Shown: positions 36,001 through 49,500 of the stretch, piece by piece
How the letters are laid out: every line of letters starts with the position of its first letter
How positions within the stretch are numbered: position 1 is the first letter of the stretch
DNA from: Azolla caroliniana
Taxonomy: Eukaryota > Plantae > Polypodiophyta
Length of the DNA stretch: 64,000 bases
Direction of reading: 5' to 3'
NCBI GenBank assembly: GCA_043228905.1
Contig: JBHGNT010000004.1
Location: forward strand, 12,710,001 to 12,774,000
The notes under the pieces: generated by a model
What the model was told of the DNA's origin: nothing
Seen by the model: only the letters and a program-made list of their open reading frames with translations
The model's database searches: none
Position numbers and translations under genes: made by a program

Positions 36001-38475
36001 CGGCCAACCCGTTTAGTTCCGGCGTCTTCGGCACGGTAAATTCGAGCCGGATTCCCTTCAAGCGGCAGTACTCCTCGAACTACCCCCAGTATTCTCCTCC
36101 GTTGTCTGCTCGTACCGCCTTCAGCTTCAGCCCGGTTTCTCTTTCCACTCTCGCGTGGAGCTCTTTGAAGACGGATAACACCTGATCCTTCGTCTTCAAC
36201 GGTGTGGCCCACAACTTCCGGCTGTGGTCATCTATGAACGTCACGAAGTACTGCGCTCCGGCATCTATGACTTTGTGTCTACTTGACACACATCCGTATG
36301 CACCAACTCCAGTGGTGCATTACGTCTCATCGGTGGCCTTGGTCGGAAGGAGGTCCGGTTCTGCTTATTGGCCAGACAATCAGTGCACTTCTCTAAGTGC
36401 ACGTTCTTTACTAGAATAAGGTTGTCGTCTGCAAGCCTCTTCATCCCCTTCTCGCTCATATGACACAGCCTCTTGTGCCACAGCTCACCGGCAGTGTCGG
36501 ATGCCACGTTCACTTCTTCCGGGCATAACCGGGCATTCATCAGGTACAGTGTGTTGACCTTCCGGGCCCGAGGCACAATCAGGCTCCCTTTGCTGAACTT
36601 CATGACACCGTTCCGGATGATACCCGTGTAGCCTTCATCATCTAGCTGACCGGCTGATATCAGGTTCAGATGAACCTCTGGAACGTGTCAGACATCCTTC
36701 AGCAGCAACTTGCATCCGGTTGGTGTTGACAGCCACACGTCTCCTATGCCGACAATTTGGCATGTAACTTCATTCCCCATCCAGACACAGCCGTGGTCAC
36801 CGACTGAGTAGGATGAGAAGCATTTCCGGTCCGGGGTAAGGTGGAACGATGCTCCGGAGTCTACCACCCAGGTCATCTCGTCGCCGGCAAGGTTTATCTC
36901 ACTCTCCTCGGTGATGAGCATCAACTCTTCTTCAGTTGCCGCGATTGCCGTCGTTCCCTTCCGGTCCGTCCCCTTCCGGTCTTTACCGTTCCAGTCCGGG
37001 GTCCACTTCGAATCGGTACCGTCGGTTTCCTTGTCTTTACGGAAATGCCGACAGTTCTTTTGGAAGTGACCCAGCTTACCGCAATAGAAGCAAGTGGCCC
37101 TCCCCCTTGACTTTGACCGTGTCCTCGACTTCTCCCGGTTCTGGGGACTACGGTTTCTATGTCTTCCGCGTTCCGATTCGGTAAGGAGCGCTTTGGAGTC
37201 GGAGCTCGTATCTTTATCTTTCCGACGCGCCTCCTCATCTAGCAAGCTCGACTTTACTCTTGCTAGGGATAACCGTTCTCCTTCCGGCCCGGCGTTGCCC
37301 AAAGTGACAACCAACGTCTCCCTGCTATCCGAGAGGGAACCGAGCAGGAGTAGCGCTAGTACCTCATCGGCGAGAGGTACTTCCAATGAAGTTGCCTGGT
37401 GGATCAGCCCCTGGAAGGCATTCATGTGCTCCGCCATGCTGGAGCCATCTTGGTACCGGAGTCTTACTAGCTTCCGGAATACCGACACCTGATTAACAGT
37501 ATTTTTGTTTTGAAACATTATGTCGATCTTCTCCCAGACCTCATGAGCCTTGCTCTCTTCATTGAAGTTGTTGTACAGGCTCATGTCGATGAAGCACCGT
37601 ATGTACGCCCTTGTCTTCATGTGCATCACCTCCCATATCGCGGCGTCGATTTTGTCCGGTCTCTTGTCCCCGAAATGAACCGGCAGCCAGAGGTCTTTAA
37701 CCACGAGCATGTCCCTCATCTTCCACTTCCATCTTGAATAGTTGGAGCCGGTGAGCTTGAACATGCCGCCAAACGATTCGTCCATATTTCTGTGTCGTTT
37801 CTGCTCTGATACCAATTGACAGGAAAAAGGTACACAGAATGTTTACGTGGAAAACCCAAAGAGGGAAAAACCACAGCAGCCCACAGGCTGCAAACTATCA
37901 CTATGTTGGAATGTACAAAACAGTGAGTTCACGGAGGCAACGACCTCGTACTCACTATCTTCGCCACAGGCGGCGGTTACAACAGAGGCAACGACCTCTT
38001 TCTCTCTCTCTCTCTCTGTACACTGTTACGTGCTCTCTCTTCTTCTTGCACCAACAAGAAAATGACAACACCTAAAACATATTTGCCCTAAGTCATATTT
38101 ATACTAATATGATTTTTTGGCTATTTACAAATATAGCCTCGATGGGCTCTCAGAAACATATTTACGAATATGTCTCTTCCTCCGGTTCTCACCGGGTCTG
38201 CGTCATCTGGCTCTCCGTAGCCGGGTGCTCCTCATCCGGTTCTCACCGGGTCTGCATCATCCGGCTCTCCGTAGCCGGGTGCTCTTCATCCGGTTCTCAC
38301 CGGGTCTGCGTCATCCGGCTCTCTGTAGCCGGGTGCTCCTCATCCGGTTCTCACCGGGTCTGCATCATCCGGCTCTCCGTAGCCGGGTACTCCTCATCCG
38401 GTTTCGGCCTCGGCCGAGATTGTTCGTCGGCACTGTTCTTCTCCCTTCCCATCCGGAGGGACCTGTCTCCCAACA
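33031..38475 (-). mobile_element. Full-length Ty1/copia, family B
   Basis: TSD CTATG (33026-33030 / 38476-38480). 5' LTR 37817-38475, 3' LTR 33031-33727. tRNA-iMet PBS TGGTATCAGAGC at 37803-37814. PPT at ~33730-33740. Confidence 0.97.
33738..37785 (-). pseudogene. Copia gag-AP-INT-RT-RH polyprotein with stops and frameshifts
   Basis: CFYCGKLGHFQKNC, WVVDSGASFH, LWHKRLCH, NGLAERMN, YVDD and RNaseH are spread over split ORFs. Confidence 0.93.
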
Positions 38476-41050
38476 CTATGGATGTAGGTACGGGATTTTA
38501 CTGTGATTGGGGCGTGGTGCCCCCAAAAACCTTTGTTCTACCTGCTATGGGTTGATCGTGGCCGTGTTGTTGTTTGGTGAAGGGGTTCGGTGGTGTCGGG
38601 CCGCGGTATGGGTTTAATCGAAATCCGTTAACCCACTTGTTCAAGATTTCCCAAGCCAATATGCCGAGCTAGAAAGTTCCGTTGAAATCGTCGACAATCC
38701 CGAATGGACCCGTCCACCGAAACCGAAGTTTCCCTGGCATTGCCCCTAGTTGTGTTTGGAACACCAACACCGGTTTGCCGATCTTGAATGATTTTCCGAT
38801 TTCTCGGCTATGGCGATCCACGAAAGCTTTCCTTTTTCGTTGGCCTTGTTCCATTCATTCTTCCCCAAGCTTTCCTTTTTGTTCGGACTCGGATTCGGGA
38901 AATTGTTCAGTTAGCTGCACTCATAGACTAGGACCTGAAACTCAATCGGCATTACGTCGTCCAAGTCGTAAGCCATTCAAAAGGGCGTGGATCCGATGCT
39001 TGTTTTGAACGCGGTGCGATATGCCCACAATGCATTGTGTAATTTATCATCCCAATTCATCCAATGCTCTTTCACAATTTTCGTGAGAATCGTCTATAGG
39101 GTCTTATTCGTTGACTCGGCCAGGCCGTTGGCTTGGGAGTAGTAAGGTTAAATAGTGGATAAGATGGTTGAGAAACTAGGCCCCCTGGTCACTCACAAGC
39201 TCGATTGGGCAGCCAAATCGACACCACCAGTATTCATACATAAATTTGGTTGTCGACACGGCCATGTTGTCGGATAGTGCTTTCACTTCGACCCATTTTT
39301 TGTAGTAATCGGTAGCCACGATTATATATTTGTTGCTTGTTCTGGTTGCCGGTGGTTTAAATGACCCTACAAAATCGAATCCCCATTTTTGAAAGGGTTC
39401 TAAAGGAAGGATCAGTTGGTGAGGCATCCGGTCTTGTGCACTCGGCTGGCCCATGCACTAACAAAGATCGTGGCTGTTACAAAATTTGTGAGCATCATTT
39501 TTCATGGTTGGCCACCATAATCCGCTTTGCCAAATATTTCGAGTTGTGGCATCACCCGAATAGTGGCCGCCGGCTATACCATGATGGGTGTCGCGTAAAA
39601 CCGCATCTTTTTCGAATTGTCGTACCGTGCGTCGCCAAATACCGCCCAAGCCTTTATGATAAACAGTCTTGGTGAACAGACAGAAATTTCAGCTCCGGAC
39701 TGCCAATCATTTCTTGGCGTCTAGCGTTAAGTGTTCAGGTGGAAGGCCTATGCTGAAGAATTGCATCATTTCCATAATCCACTCGTCCTCAATATCGACA
39801 AGAAGGGTTCCGGTGCCCAGACTAAACAAGTTGGCATCGGGTAGTTCATCGTACACCGTTTCAGCAGGCTCTCCCGACTCGAGACGACTCAGGTAATCCG
39901 CGACCGCATGCCCCTGGTCGATGTTGTATGTCGAAATCAAATTCTTGAAGAAGAAGCATCCACCGTGCTAAACGACCGGTTAAAGCCCGTTTATTGACAA
40001 GGTACAATAATGTCGAATGATCTACATGGAACGTGAATTTTTGACCAAGCAGGTAGTGTCGAAATTTAGTGATATTGTAGAACATGCCGAGTGCTTCTCG
40101 TTCCGTGGTGGAGTAGTTCTTTTCAGTCGTAGAGAGGTGTCGGCTCGCGTAATACACCGGGTGATACCAGTTCGGAGGCATTTTCTGCATCAGTGCGCTG
40201 CCGATGGCTATGTCAGAAGCGTCCACAAACACGTGGAAGGGTTTCTACCAATCAGGCGGTTGCACAACCAGTGCTTCGGAGAGCATCACTTTGAGAGACC
40301 GGTAAGCCCACTCCTCCCATTCCGTCCATCGGAATGGAACCTTTTGGGTGGCAGCATGCCAGGGTGTCGCGAAGTCGGCCAAGTAGCGTAGCATGCGACT
40401 GTGCCACCGAATCTGTCCCAAGAATCTACTTAGGGCTTTCACTGTTGTTGGGGCCAAAGCATTTAGAATAGCGTGCACCTTGGTGGGATCCACACATATA
40501 CCATTGCGACTGACAATGTGACCAAGTAAGACGCCGCTAGATACGTAAAAAGCACATTTTTCTAGGTTTAAGTTGAGTCGTGCCTATCGGCATCGTTTGA
40601 GGCAAAGGCGTAGATGTCCGAGGGGCTCGCTCTATTTTCCGTACACGGCAAAATTGTCGAGAAATACTTGCATAAAAATGGGAATGTACTCATCGAAAAT
40701 CTTGGCTATTATGCATTGGAAAGTGGCCAGTGCCATTTTTAACCCGAACATCATTACAACTATTACAAATATACCCCAGTCAGTGAAAAAAGCGGTTTTT
40801 CTTGATCTTCAAGGTGCATTCAGATCTAGTTGTAGCGACTGAAACTGTCTAGGAAACTATAGCATTCATAGCCCGCTACCGCATCAAGGATGTCGTCCGT
40901 GAAGGGAAGAGGAAAGGCATCCGTGATCATGGCCGCGTTGAGTTTACAATAGTCCACGCACACTCGGATTTGCCCATTCTTTTTCGACATGAGGACAATC
41001 GGGCTTAACCAAGTTGCCCTTTTTACTTGCTCAATGAACCCTGCGTGGAG

Positions 41051-41506
41051 TTCATCTGATGTTGATAATATTGCGGGTCTAACCCCTCCATGCGCCCGGA
41101 GTGCCAAAACTGTTGATGGGTGGGGGTAAAGCCTAGAATGGCTTCACCCCTCTCCCAAGGGGGTTACGATAGAGAGAGAGAGAAGGAGAGAGTGAAAATA
41201 AGAACAACACCAAAATGAGAGGGGAAAAAGTTATATTACATTATGCCCCATGGGTGGGGTTTATATAGTACAAGAGGTAACCGTTACAAATAAAGAATGA
41301 GACAATTAGGGAGTTACATTACTTACCCACATTCTCACCTTTGTACACATACACAAAAATGTGCATGTGTTCATACACATACACATAGTCATCCTCACAC
41401 ACTCATTCATATTATACATAAACATCAACCACATCATTATACATACCCTTATGCCTCCTCGTATATTCTTACGAGTAACACATCCCGTATATTCTTACGG
41501 GTAACA
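41051..41506 (-). mobile_element. LTR (41111-41506) plus short leader of LTR family X
   Basis: TGTTGATG...GTAACA, matching 44861-45006 and 50494-50808. Followed on the minus strand by PBS-like GTTT-TGGCACTCCGGG. Interrupts the host RT. Confidence 0.75.
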
Positions 41507-44500
41507 ATGTCACTGTATGACCATGCGAAGACATCCTAATACTCGATCAGTGTAGAAGAATACGATGCGCGGAAGTGTGCGTAGATGACACAGAGTATAC
41601 AACTGATGTTCAAAAACTCAGCAGTTCGGTAAACGCAGAGAACACAGAGAATGACAGAGATGGAAAGAGATAGAGAGCGCAAAAACATAGAAACTTATTT
41701 CAAACAATACAATACGCTCTGTACATAGGATGTGCTTAGAGAGCACTTTTATACAAGTCCATACGGACTAACAGAAGTACTGACTCGTACTTCAATGCTC
41801 ATCAATGAGCCCCTACACTAACTCCCAAAATATATTCCTCCACGGAATATCTATCCAACAGCCTCCTGGTTTATGCACTAATACGGCCTTTAGTTACACA
41901 CCCAGTCTACGCACTGGTTTACACACCTAATGTTGAGCTTGTATATCAACACTCCCCCTCAAGCTCAACTTGAGGTGCTGCCTACTCTTCCAGTTCTTCA
42001 CTCCGGCTTCTTCCAGCTTCACACCTCAGTCGCGCTCCTCGACCCGTTCGATTCTGCATGCCTCGACCCTTTCCGTCTGCTCTTGTCGCCTTTCCCAGCT
42101 CCCTTGTTGTCGTGGTGTTGGCGCCACTTTCGGTTCCCTTTCTTCCGCTTGTCCTTTAGTTGATTCGGCATCTCCGAATCGAACATTCTAGCCGAATCGG
42201 CTATCTCCGATTCATTTCCGCTTTTGTCCAAATTGGTTGTCTCCAATTTGTTTCCGATCTTCAAGCCCTTGACAACATCTGACCATGTCTTGGTCTTGCC
42301 CTTCTTGCCCTTCTTCACTTCATCTCACCCTCGTTCAGCTGACTCTGGCTCTTCCCTTCGGTTGTTGCCCCAGTTTCCGCCTTCGGCTTCTTCAGTTGAC
42401 CCGAAATCAAATTCTTCATTCGACTCGGCTTCGCGGTCACTTTCGCTCCTTTCCTGCTCTTTTGTCTTCCTCAAGTTCGGCACGTCGAGGTGCCCCAAAC
42501 CAAGAACACCCGTGAATTACCACAACTTGTCTAGACCAAGGGGCTTGGTGAAGATGTCGGCAGTCTGTCGATTCGTCGGAACATATACTAGTTTGACTTC
42601 ACCAGAGAGGACACGCTCGCAGACAAAATGGTAGTGCTCCTCAATGTGCTTGGTCCGGGCGTGGAAGACGGGGTACTTCGCAAGTTGGATGTTGCTGAGG
42701 TTCTCTCAATAGATCGTCGTTAGATCGGACACCTACACCTGCAGATCCTTGAGTAGCCTCTTGAGCCAAATGGCTGCGCACGTAGTGATAGCCGGCCCTC
42801 GATATTCGGCCTCCATGCTTAACAGTGCCACTATCGGCTGCTTTTTACTACTCCACGTGATCACAACACTTCCCAATGAAAATGCATATCCAGATGTTGA
42901 TCTGCGATCGCCGGCATTTCCAGCCCAATCGGCATCCATGTAGCCAACTAACTACTTGACTACTCCTGCCCGATATAGCAACGTCATGTCCTTAGTGCTG
43001 CGGACATACCGCAATATCCTTTGCGCGCACTAAAGGTGTTCAATCTTGGGTTGCCACATGAACCGGGTAACTAAGGTTTGGACAAGTAATCGTCAAGTAA
43101 ATGAGGCTACCGACAATATTTCGGAACCGTGTCGGGTCACACACCTTTCCTGAATCTCGGCGAAGCTTCACGTTTCTGTCCAAAGGAGTTGAGATGGACT
43201 TACAATCTGACCTCTCGAACTTGAAGAGCATACTCAGCACATAATGTCGTTGGCTGATCAGTATGCCTTAGAGGGTGAGAATCACTTCGATCCCTAGGAA
43301 GTAATGAAGGTCTCCTAGGTCCTTCATGTCCAATGATGCCGCTAGCTAGGACTTTACGTGACCGATTTCATCTAGGTCGGCGCTGGCGGTGACTAAATCA
43401 TCAACATAAAGTAAAATACTAACCGGTCCATGTCGACCTTGCTAGATGAACAATGAAGAGTCTGATTTGGACATCATAAACCCCATCTAACGCATGCGCT
43501 GCGTGATCTTCGCATTCCACACACGCGGGGCTTGCTTTAGTCCGTAGAGGAACTTCTTCAGTCGGCATACCACCGAGGTGTTCTTTCCAGACTGAAATCC
43601 AGGGGGGTTGTACCATGTACACCTATTCCTCAAGTTCTCCTTACAAGAACGCATTCTTTCTTGAGAAACGAATCATCAATCCACAAGAGGGGATATGCTG
43701 AAAATAAACAATTCGCAAACACAGAAAAACAGTGTACACAGATTTGACGTGAAAACCCTAAAACGGGAGAAAACCACGGAGAACGAAGCTTCACTATACA
43801 CTGGATATACAATGACAAGATTAGAGTACAACACTCTCTACACTGAGTGCATCAGCCGCGCAAGGCTCTTGGCGTATGCTGTTACAGAACACAACTATGG
43901 TGCCGCTCACTCTCTCTGTCCTCTCGCTCACACTCTTCTCTATCGCTAGCTACAACAGAGGATCACCGATTGTTCTCACTACACCAACACACTACATTGT
44001 TTGCCCTAGGTGTATTTATACTAATACATATTATTGGCTATTTACAAATATAGCCCCTACTACACATCACTACTATTATTATCTATAATAATTAGCTATC
44101 AGCCGACTTTAGTGTCGACTATCCAGTCAGTTCGACTAGTCCGCTTGGTCATCGACTGTCTGGTCAGCCCGACTAGTCGGTCGCGTCTTCAACCTAGATC
44201 TCCTTTCTCTCGACTCACCCAGTCGATTTCCTCACAGTCGACTCTTCAACCATTGGTGCTCGTTCCGAATAGTTGGCTCCTCCTAGTCTTCAACTATCGG
44301 CACTTCTTAGCCCGAACAGTCGGCTCCTCCCACTGGAGGGACATATTCCTAACAAACTCCCCCTTCACTCCCATGGGAGGAGTCCGTTATTCCTGTCCTT
44401 TGTTGATAGACTCTGAGTTTGTCCATCGATAGGTTCTTTGTCAGCATGTCGGATCCATTGTCATCAAGATGGATCTTCATGAGGGTAAACTCTCCTTCTT

Positions 44501-45272
44501 CGACTTTCTGCCGCAACCAATGGTACCTTCTCTGTATATGCTTGGTCTACAACATTCTTGGCTAAATGTATGGCACTCTAGCTGTCACAATGAAGCAAGA
44601 AATCCCTTTGCCTCATCCTTGTATAACGAGAGAATCAAGAAGTTACCTTCGTTGTACCTTTTGAGGAACACACTGTGATCAGCCTATGTTTTCTAGAACC
44701 CATGTTCCACTATGAAGGACTCGAACTTCTTGTACCCTTGGTGTGGAGCTTGTTTTAGGCCATACAAGCTTTTCTTCAGTCGACACACCAGATTCTCTTT
44801 CCCTTTCTCCACAAAACCTTCGGGCTGCTGCATGTAGATCTCTTCATCCAACTCCCCGTGTGTTGTTGGGTAGGGGGTGAAACCTAGAATGGCTTCACCC
44901 CCCTCTCGAGGGGGTTATGATAGTGAAAGAGAAAGACAAACAGAAAATAACACAAAATGTGAGAGGGGTTTATATAATACATAATGTAACGGTAAATAAT
45001 GACCGTTTTTTTCTACCCTTGAGTTTTCAAAACTTTCTCGTCTGCACTCGAGCTTCTGAAATTTGATGGTATGCCCTTGAATTATTGAAATTTTACTCTC
45101 TGCCCTTACGTTTTTGAAATTTTGTGGAATGCCCTTGTGTTTTTGACAAAAATTTGTCTTCTACCCTCGAGCTTTTGAAATTCGAGTGTGTACCCCTCTT
45201 CTCCTTCTTGAATCCTTTCCCTTGCAATCCAACTATTCTCCAATTCTCAATTCGTACTTCAGCCTTTCGATT

Positions 45273-46001
45273 CTAGCGGATGGTGGCGACGGCAATTGCG
45301 GCGGCGATGGCGATGATTGTGGTGGCGCCAGTGATGGCGGCGATGGCGCTGATCTCAAGGACCATTCTGCTGAAGTAATCATCCTTGCCATTGATGCTAG
45401 AAGTAGAGCTCTCGAGAATGGATGCAATTATTGTTGGAGCTGGTGGTGGTGGTGATAATGGAGTTGTTGTTGGCATTCCTAACTATACCACAAACTGATC
45501 ACTCCCTCCAATTGACTCATCAGTGGCTATAACAGAATATTCAACATTTCCTACTATGCCAAATCTAAGAGCCACAGTGAATATACCATCATTCTCTGGA
45601 GAAGCACGTTCATGCTCATTTTCATGCTCTTGTTCTTCTTGTGTAACTCTTTGTTGCTCTTCTTCCTCAGGTTGTGGGGAAAACATTGTGGACGAAGAAG
45701 TTGGATAAGGAGGAGGCATATTCACCATGGATGATGTGCCCATTTGTATGTGAGACCAGAAATTCGACATGTCTTCTAATAGCTAACCGAATCCAGGACC
45801 CATGTAATCCATATCTTCATTCACATAAGAAGAAGATGTGGATATGGATGTGGCTGATGGTCTGGCTTCGAGAAAATCGTTGTTGCATTCTAGACAGATC
45901 AGCACTTTGGGATCAAGGAGAAGAACAAAGTTATCGAATTGATGACAGAAATACTGATCTGAATGAGGAGAAGAAGCAGATGCAGCCATAGCCATAGCCA
46001 T
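45273..46001 (-). pseudogene. Fragment of a BTL/RNF126-type RING E3 ligase gene (N-terminal BZF zinc ribbon plus low-complexity linker)
   Basis: QYFCHQFDNFV...LICLECNNDFLE matches the YxCHxC...CxxC..xF.E motif with one Cys lost. In-frame stops. No RING domain seen. Confidence 0.7.
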
Positions 46002-46374
46002 AAGCTAAGATCTGATTCAAATGATATGCACCATATAGCCTGGGATTTGTATCAAAAACTTGCTATGGTGAATAAAATATGGTAAGGATGCAGATCCATT
46101 AATTTGATGTAGGCATCACTACTGTGTATTGCCCAAATCCATAGCTTTGATCTATTCCATCTTCCTTGTTCCTCTGTTTTTAGTGTATTCCTGATAAGAA
46201 CAATAGTAACAACAAAGGCACCCCCTACCTATTCGTCTAGAGAACTCAACTTAGAAGCAAAAGAGGATGAAGAAGAGGAAGAAGAAGAGTAAAAAGAAGA
46301 ACATATACAGAGAAAAGAGCTCCTGTATTATGGAGCAATCACCAGTAGAAGAAGAAAAGGGTGAAGAGACAAAG

Positions 46375-46480
46375 TGTCAGGAATAGTACTAAAACAGAGA
46401 TGGAATTAGTACTAAAGAAGAGTAGTACTATTAGTACTAAGGGGCCGGGACTGCGTAAGACTCCCGAGAGAGGAAGTGAG

Positions 46481-46511
<31 letters not shown>

Positions 46512-49500
46512 TAGCGAGAATGAGAGAGAGAGAGAGATTATGACAACAGCTAATATATTATGTGAAAGATAAGTACAAAGCGGCTAAGAGGCTTAAGACT
46601 GGTGTTGAACCAATTTGGTTTAAAACAATGCCTTGTGCCTCCTTTTATAGTGTTTTTAGGAATAAGCCTGAAGCTTCTAGAATGTTCCAAAGAGATTTGG
46701 AATATACATCAATTTTCTATGATAAAGCATAAATGAAAATAATATCCTACAAATTACAATTCATAGTCTAATGGTAAGAGCTCGACCCATGTATACATAA
46801 GGTCATGGGTTCGAGTCTTGCCATATCATGACACTATCTCCCCCTTAAAGACGACGAGTGGAACGAGCCGGCGCTGATTGCGGACCAGGTTTGTCTGGAT
46901 ACTTTCGGTGGAAATTAGCAAGAAGATCCTGTGCATTGGCAACATGCTCGACGGGTTCCCAAGTATGTTCGCTCGGACTATAACCGAGCCAATCGACCAA
47001 GTAATAAAGGTTGTTGCGAACAAGTTTGGAATCGAGGATGGCAGCAACTTCATACTCCGGGCCGGCGTCCAACTCCAGCGGGGGCGGCGGTGGTGTCACA
47101 CGATCGGGAATGGTGTTTGCTTTATAAGGTTCAAGAAGAGAACAATGGAAAACCGGATGTATCTGAAGCTGCGGAGGGAGATCAAGGCGGAATGGGACAT
47201 CATTAATCTTACCCGTAATACGGAAGGAACCGAGTCGTCGATAATCCAACTTGTCGCACGGTCGAGTAGTCTTGAAGTGACGACGTAAGAGACATACTCG
47301 ATCTCCGATGGCAAAAGAGGAGGGAATCCGATGACGATCCGCATAAGTCTTCTGTGTGTGTTGAGCATGACGAAGGTGAGTAGAGAGATCCATCTAGATC
47401 TTGCGTAGCCTCTCCAAATGATCCTCGGCACGAGGGTTGGTAGGTAGCTCCGGGCTGTCGATCACCGACCAGCGAGGATGGAAACCGGCATAAGCGAAAA
47501 ATGGGGAGACCCGAGTCGAGGAATGAATAGCATTATTATACGCAAACTCCACAAAGTGGAGAATCTCGGCCCAATCATCTTGTTGATAACTTAGGAAACA
47601 TCGGAGATATTGCTCCAGCGTTTGGTTTGTTCGTTCCGCCTGCCCGTCTGTCTGAGGATGGTAGTCGGAGGAGAGGTTGCAAGAGACCTTGAGCATCTTG
47701 AAGAGATGCTACCAAAATTTGGAGACAAATTGCGGTCCTCGGTCACTGATGATATTGTCTGGGAGGCCATGATGCCGAAATACCTCACGCATAACAAGGG
47801 TGGCGGTTTCTTTGCTAGTGATGGCTTTAGTACACGGCACAAAATGTGCCATCTTCATATATCGATCGACGACAATTAGGATAACATCGAACCCCTTCGA
47901 GACCGGCAGATCTGTGATAAAATCAAGACAAATAGACTGCCACGGCTTACTTGGAATCGATAAGGGTTCCAACAAGCCATATGAATGGTGTCGTGGCATC
48001 TTTGCTAGGCAGCAAGCATCACAGGTCCGAACGTAGTCGTCGACAAAACAGCGCATATGGGGCCACCAAAAAGATCGTTGCACTAGCTCCAACGTCTTAG
48101 TACTACCGAAATGTCCCGCCGTATGAGTGTCGTGACAATGTTGGACAATTTGAAGGCAACAGGAGCAATCGGGGACATATACGCGCTTTTTAAAGAATAC
48201 CAAACCATCATGATATTCGAAATGTCGGTAGTCAATACCTGGTTGTTGAGACCGAGAACAGGATGCCCCAGAAGTATCAGTGTGCGCCAGGATGTCTTGA
48301 GCAAATCTATCCGTTTTCAAGGTTGCACGTATGTCATCGGTAATCCGTGAATCCATCGGGGTGTGAAAAATCCGCGTCGTGTGCAATCGTGTTGGTCCCA
48401 AGATTACTTGCTTTTGATTATCAAATGTTGCATCACCAGGATGAGGTGCAAGATATGAACGTCGTGATAGTGCATCTGGATTTCCTTGCTGCTTCCCCGG
48501 TCGATATGTGATTTTGAAATCGAAACGCGTGAGGAATTGCGCCCACCGAGCTTGCCGTCAATTTAGTACGCAAGCGTTCTGAAAATAAGCAAGATTTTTA
48601 TGATCGCTAAAGACAATGACCTGATGTGGAGAGCCCTCTAAGAAATGCCACCATTGCACAAATGAATCCACGATGGCTAATAAGTCCTTGTCATGTATTT
48701 CGTAGTTGATTTCTGCGACATCGAATTTGCGCGAATGGAAAGCCACCGGATGCAACTCTTCTTTATCTCCTTGTTGAGAAAGGATGCTACCGAGGGTGAA
48801 ATCTGATGCGTCGGCCTCCATGATGAATGGTTTTCTTGTATCCACATGAGCTAGAATCGGTGCTGATGTAAAGGCTTTCTTAAGATGCCGAAAAGCCATA
48901 TCTGCTTCGATGGACCAAAGAAATGTTGGGCCCTTCTTCGTAAGGTGTGTGAGAGGTAAAATAATCTTCAAGTAATCCTGTATAAACTTACGGTAGAAGT
49001 TAGCAAAACCTAGAAAACATTGTACATCTCGTACCGACCGTGGAATTTGCCACTCTAGTACAGTTTGGATTTTAGCTGGATCCATGGCGATGCCCTTTGA
49101 GGAGATGACGTAGCCTAGAAATTCCACTTGCTTGCAATCAAAGCTACATTTTTCTAGCTTGGCATAAAGACCATTCTCGCGGAGTCGCTTTAGTACTAAT
49201 AGTACATGAGAATCGTGCTCTTCCTGGGTCTTCGAATAAATCAATAGATCATCCAGATAGATGATCAAACAGATATCGAAGAGGTCTCTAAATATATCAT
49301 TTGCCATGTGTTGGAAGACTGCGGGTGCATTGGTTAGGCCGAATGGCATAACAGTATACTCGAAATGGCCATACCGCGTGCGAAAGGCGGTCTTCCATTC
49401 ATCTCCCGTCGGATCCGCACGAGGTTATACGCTCCTCGTAGGTCGATTTTAGTAAAAAACTTGGCACCATTAACTCGCTCTAAAAGACTTGATATAAGAG

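Noticed and set aside
46764-46825. Functional tRNA gene
   Set aside because: Has A/B boxes but no convincing acceptor or anticodon stems. Part of an LTR.
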